This document shows, piece by piece, positions 36,093 through 41,371 of a stretch of DNA of 41,371 nucleotides (positions are counted from its first letter, which is position 1; every line of letters begins with the position of its first letter). The position numbers and the translations under genes were made by a program. The notes under the pieces were generated by a model. That model worked only from the letters and a program-made list of their open reading frames with translations, made no database searches and was not told where the DNA came from. The DNA comes from a virus (taxonomy: Duplodnaviria; Caudoviricetes), in the IMG/VR virus record IMGVR_UViG_3300032233_001678, positions 1-41,371 of that record; one strand, 5' to 3'.

Positions 36093-36120
36093 ATATTTAT
36101 GGGCGTTAAAAGTTAAAAGT

Positions 36121-36759
36121 ATGAAACAGTTTATTGTAAGTTTTAAAGAGAAAGCGGCATGGGTATTTTTAAGCCTTGCTGGTGCATGGATCGTATTTGC
36201 TTTATTATTCCAGTTAACGTTTATTTTCTTAGAATTTAGCGGGTACAGCGAAGTAGCAACTAGAATCGGCAACGAACTTATGTGGAAATTTGATGGTACT
36301 TTTAAAAATAGTCCCGGTAATATCATGTATAATGCAGCTGATCATATATACGTTGAAAAAGTTACTAATAAGGTTGTTATTGGTAAATTAGCTGGTAATC
36401 GTAATTTAGAATTTGGTGTTAAGAACATATTAGAAGAATATTTACAAGATAAAGGATATGACTTATCCTCAGACGCTGAACAAAAATTAAAAGTTGAAAT
36501 TATATATTTAGATGTATTAACAACTAAATCAAATTTGTCTGTATTTCATAAAGGCGAACAAGAAGTTGTTATTCGTTTAAAAGGTATATTATATAAAGAA
36601 GGAATCAAGGTAAAAGAGGTTATAGTTGAAGAAAGCTCATCTGAAATCTCCATATCAACTTTGATAATAGATGAAGGTGGTAAGTTCAATCAAACAAGTC
36701 TTAGCAATGCGCTTAAGAAAGGTTGTGATAAACTAATCACTAAACTATTTGAAAAGTAA
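36121..36759 (+). CDS. membrane-anchored protein with CsgG/TolB_N-like alpha-beta domain
   Basis: N-terminal TM; G..NILEEYL...LSNALKKGC...I pattern shared with 40459-41178. True start ATG 36121, after the terminator. Confidence 0.55.
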   Translation: MKQFIVSFKEKAAWVFLSLAGAWIVFALLFQLTFIFLEFSGYSEVATRIGNELMWKFDGTFKNSPGNIMYNAADHIYVEKVTNKVVIGKLAGNRNLEFGVKNILEEYLQDKGYDLSSDAEQKLKVEIIYLDVLTTKSNLSVFHKGEQEVVIRLKGILYKEGIKVKEVIVEESSSEISISTLIIDEGGKFNQTSLSNALKKGCDKLITKLFEK

Positions 36760-36760
36760 A

Positions 36761-38893
36761 ATGAAAAAATTCCTAGTATTATTGCTTACCTTAGTAAGCC
36801 TGGCATCGTACAGTCAAAACCCAATTAAATTTAGAGCGCTATCCTCAGTAGGTGGAGCTACACTTGACAGAGGAGGTACATTTGAGTACATCGTTCAAGC
36901 AAATGGTAACAGTAATGCTACCACACGTCAGGTATTGGTTGATATGCAGTATGACAAAGACAACTTTGAATTAGTATCTGTTAATCATACAGGTACTGGT
37001 GGTAATGGAGGTATATTACCTGGAGGATCAACAATCAGTTTATCCTATTACAATTATCCAGGATATACATTTACAACAGTATCATCAGGTAATAGTGCTA
37101 ACAATACAACAAATGGTACTACTAACTACCAATATGCTCAATATGGTTTTAGTAATACAAGTGCAAATGCTATTTTAAGAACTACACTAACATGGTCTAC
37201 TACAGCAGCAATGCCTTATACTAGCTATGATAGATTAATTGTGTATGTATTTAGATTAAAAGCAGCATCAACTGCTTATACATTTAATCCTATTAAATTA
37301 AACTTCGTTTCCGCTTGGAATGCATCAGGAGCTCAAGAGGCTACTTTAATGGAATCTCCATTATCAACAGCAGTAGTAATGAACCAAAACTTTGGTAAAT
37401 TTGTAAGTGCTAAAGTTGATTTAAACTCAAACTTATATAATTTATCTAACTTAAAAGTATCATTTAGAGATACAGCAACAAATCAAGGACAATTATTCTC
37501 AGTATTAGCAGATGGTACAGTTGATGTTAATCAAGGATTATTAGCTGCTAATAAGGTTTATGATGTTAGTTTAATGCATGAAATGGATAAAATATACACT
37601 ATATATAATAGTGCTATTACAATATCTGATTTCTCAACAGCACAAGCTGAATTTACATCTATGGGCTTAACAGCAACTAAAGGTGTTAACTTAAACACAG
37701 GTCAAGCATTATACGCTGCTGATATTAATAGAAATAAAGCAATTGATGGTGGTGATTTACCTAGATTATTAGGTCAAGTAGCAGGTAAAGATACATTAAT
37801 GACATTACCAGCAAGCTATACAGTAGGTAGTGGTGGGTGGATGAGCTTACCAACTTGGAGAGCAGCAGACGCTACTACAACATGGGGTGAAGTAGAATGG
37901 GCTTATATTTCTCCAAACAGCTATTCAACTGGAGTTAGTGCTTTAAGAATTGATATGAGAGAATTTCCAGCAGGAACAACTCCAAACCAAGTAAAAAGTA
38001 TTCAATTATTTGATGTTTATACAGGACCTGTTGAATATATGAGTGAAGATGCTACTTGGGCATTATATAAAGTACCATCAACGTTCGCTAAAGCAGCAGA
38101 CGGAACTTCAACATATGCTGCTTATATAAGACAAATGCAAACAGATTACAGTTTCAGAGCTGAATTTGAATTTAATACTTCAGTTAATAACTCTTGGGGT
38201 GCTATTACAACTTCAAACTGGAATAATATCACATACCCTAAAACATACTTTAAAACAGGTACTTTAGGTGCAAACGCTGTATTAGATTTAAAATATCTTT
38301 TATGGGGTGATGTAAATAGATCTCATTCATCTCAAGTAGTAACTACAGCAGGTGGTTCAAGTACGATTCAAACAAACGCGGTTCCAAGTTTAGTATCTAA
38401 CGCTACATTTACAAGTGAACTTAGAATTAAATCTATGGCAAGTACAGGACCATATATCAATACTAATTTCGCTTACACTTCAATTGATGTTAATTTAGCT
38501 AACCAAACAGTAACTGGAAATATAGTTGAAATACCAGTTAATATTGATACTAAAGGTAATAGCATGGGAGGTTTACAACTTGAATTCGCATATGACCCTA
38601 CTAAGATTAAATTTGAAGAAATGATTTCAAATGTACCTAATAGCTGGTTTGTATTTGCAAACGCTAAAGAGGGTGTAGTTAAATTTGGAGCATTAGATCA
38701 AAATAATAGTAATCCAATTAAAGGAATAAATATGCCTTTTAAATTGAAATTCTCAACTATTGGTAATGGTGTTGATGTATTAACATCATTAAAAGTATCT
38801 CAAACAATGGATGCTGCTGATAACAAGGGTAATCAATTAGGTGTAGTTTTGAATATGACAAACATTAAATTAACAGGATATAACAATTTCTAA
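36761..38893 (+). CDS. secreted protein with cohesin-like domains and a dockerin/EF-hand-like motif
   Basis: Signal peptide MKKFLVLLLTLVSLASYSQ; DMQYDKDNFELVSV; ADINRNKAIDGGD; GDVNRS; C-terminal VEIPVNIDT....GLQLEFAYDPTKIKF. Confidence 0.7.
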   Translation: MKKFLVLLLTLVSLASYSQNPIKFRALSSVGGATLDRGGTFEYIVQANGNSNATTRQVLVDMQYDKDNFELVSVNHTGTGGNGGILPGGSTISLSYYNYPGYTFTTVSSGNSANNTTNGTTNYQYAQYGFSNTSANAILRTTLTWSTTAAMPYTSYDRLIVYVFRLKAASTAYTFNPIKLNFVSAWNASGAQEATLMESPLSTAVVMNQNFGKFVSAKVDLNSNLYNLSNLKVSFRDTATNQGQLFSVLADGTVDVNQGLLAANKVYDVSLMHEMDKIYTIYNSAITISDFSTAQAEFTSMGLTATKGVNLNTGQALYAADINRNKAIDGGDLPRLLGQVAGKDTLMTLPASYTVGSGGWMSLPTWRAADATTTWGEVEWAYISPNSYSTGVSALRIDMREFPAGTTPNQVKSIQLFDVYTGPVEYMSEDATWALYKVPSTFAKAADGTSTYAAYIRQMQTDYSFRAEFEFNTSVNNSWGAITTSNWNNITYPKTYFKTGTLGANAVLDLKYLLWGDVNRSHSSQVVTTAGGSSTIQTNAVPSLVSNATFTSELRIKSMASTGPYINTNFAYTSIDVNLANQTVTGNIVEIPVNIDTKGNSMGGLQLEFAYDPTKIKFEEMISNVPNSWFVFANAKEGVVKFGALDQNNSNPIKGINMPFKLKFSTIGNGVDVLTSLKVSQTMDAADNKGNQLGVVLNMTNIKLTGYNNF

Positions 38894-38895
38894 TT

Positions 38896-39249
38896 ATGAA
38901 AAAAGCAACATTAATAATGGTTATGTTCTTAGCAGCTTGTACAAAGATTGCTCCAACACCACAACAAACAATTGATTTGGGTGTTCAAGCACAAGCAACA
39001 GGTATTAAGTCAATAGTTCAAACAAACAATACAGTAACAGCTGTATTTGAAACAACACCAGGTTCTAAATACTCAGTGCAAGTAATCCCGTTCGGTAGTG
39101 ATAAACCATCATTTAAAGAAGGATTCACGGCAAGCGACGCAACGACACAGAAAATATATAACTTAACAACTTTAACAAAGAGCGATTACGACTTAATATT
39201 TATCGATATAAGCGGTAAGGAAGCAAAATACCCAATCGTAATTAAATAA
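38896..39249 (+). CDS. lipoprotein with Ig-like beta domain
   Basis: Lipobox MKK...FLAAC; Y.LIFIDISGK.....IVIK C-terminus. Confidence 0.7.
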   Translation: MKKATLIMVMFLAACTKIAPTPQQTIDLGVQAQATGIKSIVQTNNTVTAVFETTPGSKYSVQVIPFGSDKPSFKEGFTASDATTQKIYNLTTLTKSDYDLIFIDISGKEAKYPIVIK

Positions 39250-39261
39250 AACATTAATAAA

Positions 39262-39567
39262 ATGGCAGACGAAGAAAAATCAGAAAGTACCGGTAGTTCA
39301 ATTAAGAACATTATTATCGGTTTAGTAAGTACAATTACATTAGGTGTAGGTGGTTGGTTTACAACTAAATTAACAGGTGGTGATGAAAAAGAAGCTACTC
39401 CAGCAGCAGCTGCTCCAGTAATTAATATTACTAATAGCAACCAACAGTCTCAAGCAGCAGGTGGTAAAACTGTAATTATTAAAGAAAAAGAAACAGTTAA
39501 GGAACCAGCTAAACCTGTTAAAAAGAAAGATGGTGATGAATTTAAAGAAGAAGCACCTAAGTGGTAA
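39262..39567 (+). CDS. single-TM protein with low-complexity tail
   Basis: IIIGLVSTITLGVGGW TM and PAAAAPVINITN. Confidence 0.7.
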   Translation: MADEEKSESTGSSIKNIIIGLVSTITLGVGGWFTTKLTGGDEKEATPAAAAPVINITNSNQQSQAAGGKTVIIKEKETVKEPAKPVKKKDGDEFKEEAPKW

Positions 39568-39585
39568 TCTATAAAATAAAGTAAA

Positions 39586-40191
39586 ATGGCAGAACAACCA
39601 AGTGGTTTTAAAGACCTATTAAATTCAATGATGAAACGCAGATGGTATATATCTGCAATGGTATTAGGTGGATTTATGATAATCATAGCAGGTATGTTTA
39701 CCGCAATAGCGGCTAAAACTGAAATAGCAGGTGAATGGAAAGAATTATTATTGTTATTATTAGGAGCCTTTATTGGTAGCTATGGTAAAATTATAGATTA
39801 CTGGTTTAGTGATACTGATAAGGATAAGATGTTAGTTCAGAAAATGGATGAAGAAGATGGTGTAGCATTAGGTAGTGTTAATGATATTAAAGAAAGTAAC
39901 AAACCATTTACTCCACTAATCCCAGATGCATTCGTTCAAGGTGCTCAAGCAGCTAGAGAATTAGCAGCTGTTGAAAACAAACAAAAGTTTGAGTTGAAAA
40001 AAGATCAACAAGAACATGACCAAGCTTTAGAAGCAGACGCTCAAGAGCATGATCAAGAAATGGAAAAATTAGAATTCGAACATCACGAACATAGACAATG
40101 TAAGCATGTTTGGGGTGATTCTGATAACGATGGTGAATTAGAGTGTCAAAATTGTGGTCTATTAAAAGACTTCTACGACGACTCTCATTAA
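39586..40191 (+). CDS. 2-TM membrane protein with QEHDQ repeats and C-terminal zinc ribbon
   Basis: WKELLLLLLGAFIGSYGKIIDYWF; CKHVW...CQNCG. Confidence 0.75.
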   Translation: MAEQPSGFKDLLNSMMKRRWYISAMVLGGFMIIIAGMFTAIAAKTEIAGEWKELLLLLLGAFIGSYGKIIDYWFSDTDKDKMLVQKMDEEDGVALGSVNDIKESNKPFTPLIPDAFVQGAQAARELAAVENKQKFELKKDQQEHDQALEADAQEHDQEMEKLEFEHHEHRQCKHVWGDSDNDGELECQNCGLLKDFYDDSH

Positions 40192-40212
40192 TAAAAATTA
40201 AAAATTAAAAGT

Positions 40213-40455
40213 ATGACTTTCAAACAATGGGTGATCGATCTATTCAAAGATGAAAGAGGAGCAATCTCAGTTAAACCTGTAATCGCATTCGTAGGTGCAA
40301 TGTTCTTATGTATAACAATGATGTTAAATTCATTTTCACACGCCGATTTCGCTCCATCAGCTGAATTAGTAAATGCAGTAATGATTATTACTGGTATTGG
40401 AATGGGTGCTGATACATTTGATAAATTCTCTCACAAGAAGAAAGACGAGGCATAA
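40213..40455 (+). CDS. small 2-TM membrane protein (holin-like topology)
   Basis: Two hydrophobic helices and a basic C-terminus. Confidence 0.65.
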   Translation: MTFKQWVIDLFKDERGAISVKPVIAFVGAMFLCITMMLNSFSHADFAPSAELVNAVMIITGIGMGADTFDKFSHKKKDEA

Positions 40456-40458
40456 TGT

Positions 40459-41178
40459 ATGAAAAATTTATTTATATTATTAGGTTGCTTTTTAATAAGC
40501 AGCACTGCGGTTGCCCAAACTGTAGGGTCAACAAAGACCGAGCAGTACAAAGCGTCATTCGAAACCAAAATAGATATTAGTCAATACTTAGATTATGATG
40601 GACCAACGATACCAATACAAATTCTCAAATGTGGTATCGGAGATGATCTTTATGAGCAATATCCTGAACTCAAAGAAAAGAAAGTGGGCCTTGGCGTTGC
40701 TAATATCACGCTTGAATATCTTGAAAATCTTAATCGATTTACGTTTACGGAAGATAAAACAGAAATTAAAAATAGAATGGTAAAACAATTCCAAGCATCA
40801 GCTGCTGGAATTAGTCAAGATAAATTAGATGGTAGAGGTAAGATTAGATTAGCTCATTACTTTGTTGAAATAGAAGTTTACGATTGGTCAGTTTCAGACG
40901 ACGAAGAAGTAAATTTAAAAGACGGAGTTAAAAATACAATGGTCACAAGACTAGGTTTACAAGTGCGTTTTACAGACGCAGAAACAGGAGAGATTATAGC
41001 TGCCTCTGGTTTAGGAGAAGCAAAAACAACTCGCGAATTAACATTATTATCGGACGCAACTGTTGATCCTGTTAAATTTAATCAATCAACTGTATCTATA
41101 GCAACTAAAAAAGCATTAGATATTGCCTGCGCTCGTATATTACAGCGTATGGTTAAGAAAAACGTATTCACTAAATAA
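40459..41178 (+). CDS. CsgG/HfaB-like (curli assembly channel family) exported protein
   Basis: Signal peptide; GLGVANI..EYL...NRF.F.E; A.YFV..EV.D; LGLQVRF.DAETGEII...GLGEA; ATKKAL..A. Confidence 0.7.
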   Translation: MKNLFILLGCFLISSTAVAQTVGSTKTEQYKASFETKIDISQYLDYDGPTIPIQILKCGIGDDLYEQYPELKEKKVGLGVANITLEYLENLNRFTFTEDKTEIKNRMVKQFQASAAGISQDKLDGRGKIRLAHYFVEIEVYDWSVSDDEEVNLKDGVKNTMVTRLGLQVRFTDAETGEIIAASGLGEAKTTRELTLLSDATVDPVKFNQSTVSIATKKALDIACARILQRMVKKNVFTK

Positions 41179-41191
41179 AATAAAGACTTAA

Positions 41192-41371
41192 TTGAAAAAA
41201 TGGGTAATAAGTCTATTAATATTAGTTTCGTTTGTCTTCGTCAATAAGGCGAATGGCCAATTTATTACTCAAACGTACATTGATCCCTGTGATAACAAAG
41301 TTTACACAGTATTATTTCCAATAGCATCAAATCAACCTGGTGTTGTAGTAATTATTAGAAATAAATCTAGA
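41192..41371 (+). CDS. secreted protein, N-terminus only (3' truncated)
   Basis: TTG start; signal peptide MKKWVISLLILVSFVFVNKANG-Q followed by FITQTYIDPC; open to the window end. Confidence 0.7.
   Translation, partial: MKKWVISLLILVSFVFVNKANGQFITQTYIDPCDNKVYTVLFPIASNQPGVVVIIRNKSR

Noticed and set aside
36013-36120. N-terminal extension of ORF 36013-36759
   Set aside because: It runs through the RNA structure, terminator and promoter motif, so ATG 36121 is the more plausible start.
1677-40794. Minus-strand and nested alternate-frame ORFs in the track (e.g. 1677-1916, 3345-3611, 17683-17952, 18403-18729, 20944-21234, 34068-34253, 36000-36326)
   Set aside because: They are short shadows of well-supported + strand genes or RNA genes and have no recognisable motifs.
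1-41371. Stop-codon reassignment (alternative genetic code)
   Set aside because: Genes are full length and tightly packed under the standard code, TAG ends conserved genes such as polB and dcd at expected positions, and no suppressor tRNA is seen.
1-41371. Bacterial chromosome, archaeal or NCLDV origin
   Set aside because: The mix of polB and gp44/45/62-like genes with bacterial groESL, tmRNA and CCA-less tRNAs on a single strand fits a large bacteriophage best, although no capsid or terminase gene lies in this window.

Overview
This is a 41 kb, AT-rich, densely coding window with every credible gene on the + strand. It most plausibly comes from a large dsDNA tailed phage (T4-like replisome: family B polymerase, sliding clamp, clamp loader). 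A Bacteroidota host is inferred from TTTG-N19/20-TAnnTTTA promoters and A-rich starts mostly lacking Shine-Dalgarno motifs. From left to right it holds: (1) queE/folE, iscU/iscA and dcd/dut; (2) a eukaryote-like protein-modification cluster, with a two-domain prolyl-4-hydroxylase followed by a 1039-aa trifunctional glycosyltransferase (HPAT/SGT1-like + O-fucosyltransferase + GT60), more GTs and a Ser/Thr/Pro-rich candidate substrate; (3) replication and chaperone genes (polB, clamp, hsp20, groES/groEL, clamp loader, Cas4-like nuclease); (4) a second glycan cluster (GT4, GT2, GT32, GDP-mannose 3,5-epimerase-like, STELLO-like, FkbM); (5) clpP and small genes; (6) an RNA island with tRNA-Glu, -Thr and -Ser, a 156-nt tRNA-Asp-like RNA with a giant variable arm, a tmRNA with a long tag and several unexplained structured RNAs; (7) an exported-protein module with CsgG-like and cohesin/dockerin-like proteins. 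Protein calls come from motif recognition by eye and no database searches were run.
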